Assembly (NCBI GenBank): GCA_003971905.1
Contig: RSEE01000009.1
Location: 62,001 to 126,000 of the forward strand
Length of the DNA stretch: 64,000 nucleotides
Source of the DNA: Moniliella sp. 'wahieum'
Lineage: Eukaryota
Direction of reading: 5' to 3'
Of this stretch, positions 51,894 to 62,863 are shown piece after piece (positions within the stretch are counted from its first letter, which is position 1; each line of letters begins with the position of its first letter). The translations under genes were made by a program, and so were the position numbers. Under the pieces are notes generated by a model. The model saw nothing but the letters and a program-made list of their open reading frames with translations, had not been told where the DNA came from and did no database searches.

Positions 51894-52062
51894 GCACTTT
51901 GGCCACATGAGGTTAAGCGCTTTGGCCCAAGAGATCAAGCGCTTTGGCCACATGAGATCAAGCGCTTTGACCACATGAGATCAAGCGCTTTGGCCACATG
52001 CGTTCAATGGCTTTGGCCACATGCGCTCAAGCGCTTAGCCCAAATGCGCCCAAACGCTTAGC
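51894..52062. repeat. Subterminal tandem array, 23-bp unit GCGCTTTGGCCACATGAGATCAA x~7
   Basis: Seven recognisable units, degenerating rightwards, starting about 80 bp inside the left terminus. Confidence 0.92.
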
Positions 52063-52199
52063 TGTTGATTGGATGCGTGCTTGTAGGCTTTCTAACCGGC
52101 TGGTTGGATGGGGCTGGCATCGATCCAGAACTACTAGATTTATAGGCAGGGTAGGTATTTTTTAGGTGTAGAATGCATTCGAAGATCGCTGGGAAGCGA

Positions 52200-53200
52200 T
52201 GACACGGCAACCACTGTTAGGTGTGACGTCAGACGGAAGCACCACAACGTAGTAGAGCAGCGAGCGGTTCAAAAAGTGGCAGGTTAGTGTGAGGGGAGTG
52301 TGCACTAGGGAGACGCTGGCCAAGTCAGCAGCAGCATAGGGTTAGCGAGAGACACAGAAAATGTGCGACGGACTCACGGGTCAGGCGATGAAGACGGCCA
52401 GTAGCGAGGGCAAGCGGGATGAAGTCGGAATGTACACTGATAGGGCGAACAAGGTTAGGAACAGCGTTGGCATATAACAGAAGGGACTTACGACCGCGAA
52501 ACAGGTCAGGTGAGTTGAGGCGAGCAAGGCGAGATGAACCAACCGTGGGATTCCGTGCATGCAGCAGCTGGGCAGACAGTGTCAGTGGGCAGGATATAAC
52601 TTCAAGCGCGAAGTACGGGGGACGTACGATAGCAAAAGGCAGACCAGCCAAGCGAGAGAACCACAGTCGAGTCAAAAAGTGAGAAGACGGACAAGGGTGG
52701 GCCGAAGGCGAGCGAAACGGTGCATGCACGTCACGCATGCGACCCACAAGGTCAGCAGAAGTGAGGGGAATGCGGAGGAAGCGGGCACGTACGATGACAC
52801 TGCGGACCAGAGGTGAAACGAGGGCAAGATGACCCGCGAGGGGGAGTCTGTGTAGGCGGGGTCAGCAACAGAGCTCTGGCGGGCAAAAGAACACGTACGA
52901 CAAAAGCAATGCAGACAGTGAGAGGGGGACGGGGCGAGAGGCAGAGGGGGCGTCCAACAGCGATACTGACGAGGCGAGGAGGACGGAGTGTGGCGGGAGA
53001 GGTGCAAGCAGCAACGATGGTGATATTGATGGCCAGGGGAAGAAGATGGTGCTTTTGCGCCGTGGCACAGAGCACTCTGCGATGTGTTGGCTGCAGAGAT
53101 GGGATACTGGTTGCTACGGGCGCAATGAGAGGGGCGGTGGTGAAGAGACAGGATGCAACCACAGAGGAGCAGGAGGTTAAAAGGAGGCGCGCGTGTGGCG
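52200..53200 (-). ncRNA. Putative multiply spliced, apparently non-coding transcript inside the transposon
   Basis: Four complete short introns with donor, branch and acceptor on the minus strand (52848-52898, 52568-52627, 52437-52491, 52316-52377), plus a fifth donor and branch (52792/52751) with no nearby acceptor. No ATG in the first two exons. Ends not defined. Confidence 0.5.
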
Positions 53201-54342
53201 CAGCCAATCTGTGCGCACAGGCCAATCTGGGCCACGCCAGGGGCCTAGGTAAGCTATAGTATATATGTCTAACGCCTCAACACTAGCGGCCCCCTGCAGC
53301 AGTGTTCGAGGGTCTAATCATCTCAATCAAGAGCGCCATTTTGACTTTGCCTATTTGCGACTTGCTGTGGTACTAGTTGTCTGTTTCGACGGTGACTGGC
53401 TTCATCGAACGCGGCGCACTTGCGGCCTCTCTAGCCCCGAGACTCCAAGGGCTCCCCGAAGGTTGCTGATGCGCGCGTAAGTCAACGACTAGTAGCCTTG
53501 TCCAGTAGCCCTCGTCCTGCTTCCTACCACCAACGCCTATCTCTCGCCCGCAATCGATCGCCTACGCTACTGTCCCAAACGCTTCAGCATCCATTGCGGT
53601 CTCCATAACCGGGTGAATCGCTATACAGGTCACGATTATCCTCACTTGAGCTTTACTAGTGACTAGTGACCTATGGTGTTACATCAAGTGTTACGTCAAG
53701 CTTCAAGTGAATGGGCACCACATGACTTTTTACAAGCTGGGGCGAAGCCCCAGCTGCCCGGGCCGTAGGCCCGGTGGTCGCCTTGTGACTTGTTATGTTC
53801 AACGTTCACGCAAGATGCACCAAAGTGCTTGCGATATACGGTGAGACGAACCGCATCAGTATGGTCTGTGTGTTTCGACCAGGGGCTATCGTCCCTGATC
53901 GAGGTGAAGGAGCTCCGGTGTTGTAACCATTCCATTTAGCTTTTGTGTTGGCTTTGTCCATGATCTCCGCAGCCCTAAGGTATATAGCCTCTGTTGCTCT
54001 TTCATGCTCCCTTGCATTAGGCGTGTCGTTGGCTGGCGTATTCGACCATCATACTGCCAACACTATAGTGCTACCGCATCACCCATCAGGGTGGCCATCT
54101 GGACTGCTCCACTCTCATCTTCAGATAGGGGATCACGAATGTAATACGCCTTGGAAGAGCATCAACGAAGCGGGAGAGCGTGCGTCTCTGGGAGAGGGGG
54201 CAAGTTTTAAGTTAGAGGGGACAAGGGTTAAGGTTAGAGAGGGCCGCGATCGTCTGCCGGACCTGTGACAAAAAAAGCACCCAGCAATCCATATCATATG
54301 TACAACCCATCTCGCCCATAATTTTACCAAGTCGCCACCGCC

Positions 54343-56477
54343 ATGTTTCGACGTCGGCTCACCAAAATGCCGACCGATGGAACGAGCCGCACGCGTGCAC
54401 AATAGGACAGACGCATCTGCTGTACCTTTTCCCGCGGCCTGGTTCACCATGAAGCAGGACGAGAGGTTGCTGTACCAGTTCCCTGCTTGCCCAGTTCGAC
54501 CGATGTCCGGTTTCATGCACTCAAGCACACGAAGGTGCGCAGGTACAGCCAAAACGTGGTGCTGGGTGCGAGGATGGGGGCCAATCACGCCATTGACGAG
54601 GTGGCCGAAGATGCGAGCATGCCCCAGCCACCTGACGCATGCTCGCCTTCCCCTGTGCTTCCCGTGCCTCCTCGCCTGTAGACACTACCATGGCCGAGGA
54701 CGACTTATGCCAGACGTAGCCCAGTGTTTCCTTTGGACCACCCTCAAGAGCCCACGGGCGTGTCCTTTGCCGCCCGCGGGCGCATGACAACCCGCTCGGC
54801 GCCCCGAATGAGCGTGTCGAGCAAATCCGCAACCAAGAGACTGATATTCATCAGCGATCTCAACACGGAGGGTATCCCTGGCGCAGAGGGCACCAATATC
54901 CGAGCTAGGGGTTTGTTGGCTAACCTAAAGACTGGGGTTGGGAAGGATGTGCGCTCTATGCTTGTGGCTCTCCCATTCGCGGCACTCCCCATCCTCGAGA
55001 CCGGAAAAAAGAGGCCAACGATGAGAAGGAGTTCACGTTTCCGGTTCCGCTTTATGACGCTATCGTCGCGGCAGCCGACCTGCATGGTTTGCTTTCCAGG
55101 ACATGGTACCCGGCTGCCGGGCAGGCCAGGGCGCAGTTCATGGTACGTCCCACAGCCTTGGTTGATATACGGGTTTAGACGCTGACATGCCTGTTATGGC
55201 TGGAATAGTACCGGGCGACCCAGACTGCATACCGACTGATCGAACGCCTTTCGAGACTCGGCCCCGACAGCGCCATGGTCGCGACGCGACCGAAGCTCCA
55301 TCTCCTCCTGGCGCATACGTCTGATGCGCTCAAATTGTTCGGCCCTCTCCAGAACACGGACTCTGCCAGATTCGAGGGTCGCGTGAAGCACATCCGTGCG
55401 TCCGTTGCCCATTGCAACTTCCAGAACCTCCCGCGTGACACCTTGTACAACGTCATGGTCGCAGAGAAGATTCTGCACCACTCTTCACCGGGGTACGATG
55501 TGTCTAGTGACGGCTCGGTGGTGGATCGGCCTGGGGCTCCTCCCGGGGTGCTGGAGCAAGGGAAGGAAGAGCCCGACTACAACTCTGATGGCATGGGTTA
55601 GTGCTGGCCCCAGCCAAGAACCAATCCTCGGTGGGTTGCAACAACCTCACCGACGAGGAGCTGGGTCGTTTCCAGTTGGCGGACCGTGTCAAGGTGCGGG
55701 CGCAGTACCTGGTGGGCAAGGCGGCTGTTATCGCTACAGGGGAGATGATCCGTGTGGGGATGAACGTGACGATCGGCCAGAAGTCGGCCGAGTACAGCGC
55801 GTCCGCCGACTTTGTTATTGGCAAAATCCTCCGGATTGGGCGCGATCCGTTGGATGAGAAGGCTGCCTGGGTCGGGTACAGGCCGTACATCATCACGGGT
55901 AGCACGCATCGCTCAGGCTGCCGCATTGTCCGCGAACTCGATGATGGTGATGCTCCTGAAGAGTTTGCCCTATTGACGGTGAGCACCGATGAGTGCTGAA
56001 TCCTCCGGCTGCGTGACGATTGCTCATCAAGTACTGACACTGGGACATTCACCACAGGATGTTGGCAGCGAGGCGCCTCTCCAGCACGCCTGCACCAAGA
56101 AGTGCATGATAGAGCAGGACGGCCAGAAAGTACTGGTGCACAACTACGAGAAGGACCCGATCTCGGGGGAGAACGAGGCGATTGAGTACTTCATCCCGGC
56201 GGCGTCTCATTTTAAAGCCAAGAACGGGAAGCGGCTGGTATTGAACGAATACGCTATGCGAAGTCCACCACACCACAAGCCGCACATGGACTTGAGGATC
56301 AGCTGGAAGTCCCCCAAACTGAGCGCCAACGCGCTGAGCAAAGACGTGGCCCAGAGGATTGCAACGAACGGTGCCATGCACCTGTGGGACAAGCGCGCCA
56401 AGAAGAAAGCACCTGCCGTGGCTGCTGTCGGAGGAGGGGGCAAGAGCGACGACTCTTCGGACAGTGACAGTGATTGA
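54343..56477 (+). pseudogene. CMC-superfamily transposase-like gene apparently lacking its central catalytic region
   Basis: KLHLLLAH...LFGPLQNTDSARFE (H-x4-H before the final E, CMC-type signature), IRARGLLANLKTGVGKDVR, HCNFQNLPRD, LQHACTKKC, LVLNEYAM. Intron 55143-55208. ATG in GCCACCGCCATG context. First two DDE aspartates not found. Confidence 0.7.
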
Positions 56478-57101
56478 TGCGAGAACCAAATGGACATGCA
56501 TTGCGCGATGAGGATGAGTATAGGTTTGGTGGCAGTCGTCAGTCATCAGTAGCCAGGCCACAGGGTGGTGCGCATCCCGGACCCATCAGCCGGAACCTCT
56601 CGAGACGTGAGATCTGAGATGGGGCCATGGGCGGCGCTTTGATATGATGCGAAGCTTCTTTTGCCGGCGAACGAGCCAGGTGACGGATAACTGTCATGCG
56701 TCCCATGCGCAGGGGCATGCCGAAGGGGCGGTTATGGAGTAAGAGGCCAGACGGTGAGGCGTGGGTTGCAGCCCCAAATGCCTGTCGCCACAAGCGTCGG
56801 GTTTCTGCCACCGGCCTCTTCAGCCCCACTCCGCTTATCCAGCCCATCTACCCATTTTCCAATCCCGCCATGACCCATGTTTCAATTTTTCACACCCGCC
56901 CGTGTCCTTGTGTAGCCCTGGGTACTAGGGAACACAGAAGGAACGTTAGGGCGGAGAAGAAGGGGAGCGATGCCAAACACGCAGAATGACATGTGATTGG
57001 GGCATTGTCCTAACAGTAGAGTGTACGTGGCCATCGACACAAAACAGCGCACAAATTCCTTAAGAAAAGTGATGCGTGTTCCACGTTGAGACGTTCAGGG
57101 G

Positions 57102-57624
57102 GGTTTTGGGGACCACGAAGGTCGGAAAAGAGTTATATCCGGAGCTTGTTGGAGGGTGGCCACCGAATGCCCCCTGTCAGAATCACACCGTGATAGGGGG
57201 CTCTTGCCCACTAGGCCCGTATGGGCACTATGGCGTGATTCCTATCAGTTGGGAGATCCTGTGTCCACCTCTCGACTGTGCCTCCTTCCTGAGGAGGTCA
57301 TATACCTCCTCTGCGTCCATAGATGTATGCAATCTATCTGCTTCCCTTCCCCCATCTCCGTCTCCTGACACCCCCATAGGATACAAAAGTATGTGGTCAA
57401 TAATGCGTCGCGCGTTAATGCATAATGCGTCTTGAATCCATAGTGTACCACAATAGAATAATTTGGGAGAAACTGTACCTATCTGCGCCTTGAGATACAC
57501 ATGCTTCCATCCATATCGGTGTTGCATGCAGGCGTGATATCGGCATCTCAGGTCTCATCATCCTTACCATCTGTCTCACTGTTTAGTAAGAGAGGGCCCA
57601 ATTCATTGGTCAGCTATTACAACA
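57102..57624 (-). repeat. Right (inverted) copy of the ~330-bp repeat, interrupted by a solo LTR
   Basis: Reverse complement matches 50662-50990 on both sides of the 57175-57370 insertion. Confidence 0.9.
57175..57370. mobile_element. 196-bp solo LTR (or LTR-like insertion)
   Basis: TGTCAG...CTGACA termini; 5-bp TSD CCCCC (57170-74, 57371-75); the homologous site in the left repeat copy is empty. Confidence 0.88.
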
Positions 57625-58488
57625 CCTAACCCCCGTCTCCCCAATCGACCATCTCTTTCCGTACAGTTGGTGCTGAGGAGGCTGTAATTGATGAAGGGCA
57701 ACGCATCTCTTCCCGACCTTTCCGCGGAGAGGGCCAGTCACGGGCTATTGAGACGGCGTCTTTCCCCAGTGACACATCGGGCACATCCAAACGGCGAGAA
57801 AGCGAAAATCGGAACGAGACATGATACTTAGGGTTGTATTGCCGATGGATGTTTTGTTCTTTGGGCCTCCTCAGCTCCTGCTGGGGGTTGGCTCTTGGAC
57901 ATTGACGCTTGCTTCGTGTCTCGACGCCCTCAGCCCGGCGATTGCAGCGGACGCCATACGCCGGGTCTTCAAACTCCAAGCTTCTCATCGCAACAGTTTC
58001 CCCAGCTTTTCGGCGGCCAAAACACACCAGGGCGGCCACCTTCTTCCTCGGACAGATGACGTCAGGCTGACACCGAAGGACACTCTCCCTGCGCGGTGCG
58101 TATCGGCGACACGTTGTGACCTGTATGTGATGGACTATGTACTTCGTCACTAGCTCGTCACCGGGTCACCAGTCAATGATTTATTGATTATCGATGAATG
58201 ACGCTGAACGTCGAACCCTAGATGGGCACGGACCAGAGGGAGTGGCACGGGGCGAGTGTGGCGCGCTGTCTCATCAACCGCGGCTGACCAATGCTCGCCA
58301 TTGCAGTCGGATGGCATCTCGATCGCGAGTTCGTTTGACTGCCTCCCCAGCATACCCTCCCAGCGCCCACTGGCACGCTGGCCTTGCCCTCGCCGACAGC
58401 ATGCCGACTATTTAAGTCTCGCCTCTCGGTGCCCCTCACCAACGCTCCAAACCCCGCCCCCCACAGCAGCCCGCCTCAGCATCAAAGT

Positions 58489-60059
58489 ATGCCCTCCCAA
58501 GAGGTCTTCAAAGCCGGCCCCGAGAAGGTGGAGTACACCACCTCCAACGGGCGCCCGTACCCGGTGCCTTACGAGGCACAGGGCGTCTCCGCTACCGATG
58601 GTCTTGGCCATCTCTTGGCCCTGCAGGACTTCCACCACATTGACCTCCTCGCCCACTTTGACCGGGAGCGTATCCCCGAGCGTGTTGTGCACGCAAAGGG
58701 TGCTGGTGCCCATGGCTTTTTTGAGGCGACCCATGATATTTCCGACCTTTCGCTTGCCTCTGTCTTCAAGAAGGGCACCAAGTCTCCGGTGACCATGCGA
58801 TTTTCTACAGTGGGAGGCGAGTCGGGCTCCGCTGATACGGCCCGTGACCCGCGTGGGTTTGCCGTTAAGATTCGCACGCAAGAGGGCAACCTTGACTGGG
58901 TCTTTAACAATACTCCTGTCTTCTTTATTCGCGACCCGGCCAAGTTCCCTCACTTCATCCATACGCAAAAGCGCGACCCGCAGACCCATCTTAAAGATGC
59001 CGATATGACCTGGGACTACCTCAGCCAGAACCCGGAAGCGTTCCACCAGCTGATGATTCTCTACTCTGATCGCGGTACTCCGGATGGGTTTACGGATCAG
59101 CATGGCTACTCTGGCCACACGTACAAGTTGGTCAACGATAAGGGCGAGTTTGTCTACGTCCAGATCCATATTCGTGCCCCTGCGTTTAAGACGCTGGACG
59201 GACCTACCGCCGCGCGTTTGGCTGGGGAGAACCCGGATTATGGTATCGAGAAGCTGTTCAACAAGATTGAGGCGGGTGACTACCCCACCTGGAATGTCTT
59301 TATCCAAGTCATGACCCAGGAGCAGGCAGAGAAGTTCCGCTACTCGGTGTTTGACCTGACCAAGGTCTGGCCTCACAAAGGTATGCAATCTCTCGTCCTT
59401 GCCTCGGTTGCCAGCGTAGAAGATTGGAACTGACGACTTTATCCCCTGCAGAGTACCCCCTCCGCCCGATTGGCCAGATTGTGTTGAACAAGAACCCCGA
59501 AAACTACTTTGCAGAGATTGAGCAGGCTGCGTTCTCGCCATCGCACACTGTTCCCGGCTTTGAACCGTCGATGGACCCTGTGTTGCAGAGCCGCCTCTTC
59601 TCGTATCCGGACACTCACCGCCATCGCCTTGGCGTCAACTACCAGCAGATTCCGGTCAATGCCCCGCTGGTCCCTGTGGCCAACTTCCAGCGGGACGGAT
59701 TTATGGCGGTGAATGGCAACCAGGGTGCCCGCCCCAACTACCAATCGACCATTCGCCCGCTGCAGTACACGACCCGTTCGACTGTATCGGTTGCGCACGA
59801 GCAGAAGCTCTTGGGGGGCGTGCACAACTTCCTGTCTCAGGTCAGCGACTTGGACTTTGAGCAGCCCCGGGAGCTATGGACGCGTGTGTTTGATGACACG
59901 GCCAAACAACACTTTATCGACAACGTCTCAGGCCATATTGGCCAGTGCAAGTCGGCCGAGATCAAGCAGCGTACACTCGACGTCTTTGGACGTGTTCACC
60001 CTGACATCCCGGTGCGCATTGCGAAGGCGATCCAGTTTGACTACAAGCCGTCCAAGTGA
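58489..60059 (+). CDS. CAT: Small-subunit monofunctional heme catalase
   Basis: [44 protein letters not shown], heme-ligand RLFSYPDTH. In-frame intron 59381-59451. Confidence 0.97.
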
Positions 60060-60355
60060 GCAGCAGCCATGGTGGTGAGAAATGAACTGGCTTGAAAACC
60101 AAAGTTATCTGGGGTGGGTGTCGTGACGGCCGAGCAACTCCCCAAACATGGCGTAAAGTGCTGGAGGAGGTAACTGGTTGAACGTAGAAGTGTTGAGTTG
60201 AATCAGGTCAAGATAGGATTGTCGTGATTGACGATCGTCGGAAGAGGGGAGCAGCGGAATTTGGGGTTAGAAATGTAATGGCTGCGTGTCTGTTCAGTCC
60301 ATGTCATTTAATAACCGGACAGCAGGCGGTGGCGGCATTGAGGGGGAAGCGACAC

Positions 60356-62335
60356 ATGTGGGGGCAGGTGCGGGGCAAGCTCTTTCATTTCTCGGCGCAC
60401 AGCCACCACCATGCGAGCGCGGGCCGTCGCAGGGATCAAGCAGCTCTTCCCCACGCTGCGGGCAGAGTGTCCGGAAACGATCGAGCGCCTCCCCAGCGGT
60501 CTTGCGGCCCTGGCCGGTCGCCGCGTAGTCATTGATGGCACCCTTATGGCTGTCCGGCTCGCCTATGCCGCTGCCACCACCCACGCCATCCAAGCCGAAA
60601 AGGAAGAAGAGCGACTTCTTAACACACTTCGAGAGCGACAAACCAATTTCTTCCTCAGTCCCGGCACTTCTCCTCCCCCCTCCGATTCGCTCTGGACTGA
60701 AACGGGGCCCAAAGTACCCACTGCCCTCGATTGGTACAGTACCTTCTTTTCTCAACTCGTGCGCAGTCTCCTTTCCCATTCAATCCGCACCACGGTCGTG
60801 CTCGACGATCCTAAGCACAAATTACAAGCCAAGTCGCGCGAAGTAGAGCGGCGTAAACAAAAGCGTGCACTTGATGATTACCGGGCCAAGTTAGAACAAA
60901 GCCGCAACGACCGCTTAGAAAGGCTTCAGAAACGACTGGAGAAATTCACCACCCTTGAACACGCTCGAAGTACATTGCAGCAACACCTGCCCGAAGCGTC
61001 ACATACCCTTGCACGCGCCGAAATCACTGAACCTGTTTCCCATCGGCCCGGCCCGTCCCTGCCAAAGCGTCTGAATTGGATTCCCCGAAGCCCCAACCAG
61101 CCACCTTCGCAGCCCCCCACCTCCTCCAGCACAGGGAATGACCGAGAGCCGCACTCAGGTGGCTCTGAACAAGGCCGAAAAAGATATTGTCGAACGCCTG
61201 TTGGCTCCTACTACACCTGCCCCGGCCTCTCTCCCTCCTGCTTCCAGCCCCGCCCCGCCGGAACCTATCCCGCCACTTGCTGCACCAACACCTCTACGTT
61301 CCCCTGAAGCCGCTGAGCTGCCGCCTACCCCCCAAACTCCACCTGAGCCTGAGCCACTTGAGCCCCATCCTGCCCTTACGGATACGGTCAGGCTGTCCCA
61401 GGCTCAGGACGAGATTCGTTTTCTGCAGCTGGAAAGCGGGCTGCTGCAGAAGCAGTACAAGCTTCGTCAACTCCCACCCATGAACCGGGTCGTCCAGGCG
61501 ACACTGGACGTTTGTGAGAAATACCAGGTCCCTGTCCTGCAGATGCCCAAGGATAAGTCTTGTCTGTTGGAAGCCGAAGCGCTCGCGAGCGCGCTTGTGC
61601 TGCAAGGCTGGTCCGACTTTGTTTTGAGCGAAGACAGCGATGTGGTGGTCTACGGTGCCTCCCTTCTGCGGATCAAGGGTGCCGAGGCGGAGGTCGTGCA
61701 TTCTTCCCAAGTGCGGAAGCGACTATTCTCATACTCACCTGCCCCAGCGAAGGAGGAAGCACTGAACGTGGATGAACATTGGCGCTTGGCTGGCTTGGCC
61801 GGGATGGACGTTTTCCGAAATGGGATCCCCTCCTCCAGAGGAGCTAGACGCTTTGTCCGAAATGGAATCCTCACCTCCCGCTATGCTAAAAGAGGACGAA
61901 GACACCTTACGACAAAGGATGGTTGACTTTGCTATTCTGTGTGGCTGCGACTTTTGCCCCACATTGCCTGGGATCGGTCCCAAACGAGCTCTTTCCGCCA
62001 TCCACACGTACGGCTCAATTGAAGGATTGGTGGCTGCCTATCGCGAAACCGGCAAGCCAAAGACCGGGATTCCAACTGCGTCGGGGTCATGGGAAGCGTA
62101 TCTGTCCCAGGTCCAAGTTGCTAGGGCCATTTTCCTCCAATCGCCTAGCCTCCGTCCGTGGGAAAGGATGCTACGAGAGGCTCAAAAGCAAGCACTCCCA
62201 GTCATCGAGGACCAATCCATTTGCCTTGATGGAAATGAGGAAGCTTTCAACCAGGAGACCCACCCCAATTCCCAACTCAACGTTGCAGATCCAGCATGTG
62301 TGCTGACCTCCTGGCCTCCACCACCCGAGAAGTAG
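60356..62335 (+). CDS. XPG/Rad2/FEN1-family PIN-domain 5' nuclease
   Basis: GIKQLF...VVIDG, VVLD..K...RR, EAEALAS, SEDSDVVVYG, H3TH LCGCDF...PGIGPKRA...YGSIE. Indels near 60420, 61140 and 61800; start uncertain (60356 or 60411). Confidence 0.88.
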
Positions 62336-62863
62336 ATCTTCATACCTCCCATGCAAAACTATACATCACTGCACTGCCTCCCATTCCACTGAATTTCACT
62401 TGCTTCCAACGCCTATAGCGCTCTCCTGCCATATACGCCGGCCCCACTGCTACGGTTAACTACAGGATGGTTGCTCATCAGATCGATAATAGAATTGATG
62501 CTTGATAGAAAAATCAATCGTTTACACTAATCGGCCGAGTGGGAGCAGTGGGATCTGTCTCCAACGTGGGTGAGGCTCGCCTGCCTCGATCCGGTCAAGT
62601 GGGGACTGAACCAATACCTTACATGCTTCCCGACTGACATGCGCCTCTTTGGCTCAATGGTAAGGCGTCGCACTCGTAATGCGAAGATTAGTCGTTCGAT
62701 TCGGCTAGGAGGCATTTTTTTCTTGCTTCGGCCAATTGCACTGTACAAACTTCCAGACACCGAGCTAGCGTATCCAACCAATCTTGTACGCATCACACAC
62801 GCGCCACCTGCTCTCCTGCTCTCCCTACAAGGACGAAGGATGCAAGGGTCGAACGGAGGGGCA

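Larger units (their letters stand above)
51813..56904 (+). mobile_element. CMC/CACTA(EnSpm)-like DNA transposon, probable internal-deletion derivative
   Basis: Left end CACGGGCGCTGGTGAAAATT; right end reverse complement CACGGGCGGGTGTGAAAAATT; 2-bp TSD TC (51811-12, 56905-06); subterminal tandem array; transposase-like ORF inside. Confidence 0.8.

Noticed and set aside
51894..52062. CRISPR-like array
   Set aside because: Units are contiguous with no unique spacers, there are no cas genes, and the context is a eukaryotic transposon end.
53281..53668. CACTAG...CTAGTG as CACTA termini
   Set aside because: Match is only 6 bp with no TSD; the CACGGGCG pair with TC duplication fits far better.
58408..59541. 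Long antisense ORFs over catalase (and similarly over HSP90, gag and the kinase)
   Set aside because: Shadow ORFs expected from GC-rich codon bias; no recognisable motifs.
9568..60059. Oxidative-stress gene cluster (G6PD, HSP90, ABCC, catalase)
   Set aside because: Genes are spread over 50 kb among unrelated genes with no shared motif seen.
9568..62335. Mass pseudogenisation or programmed frameshifting of G6PD, UBA1, HSP90, CSN2 and others
   Set aside because: Breaks hit essential genes, and those examined are mostly single-base losses in homopolymers (HSP90 TACCCATC for TACCCCATC, CGTAAAAC for CGTAAAAAC). This is the signature of long-read consensus error.
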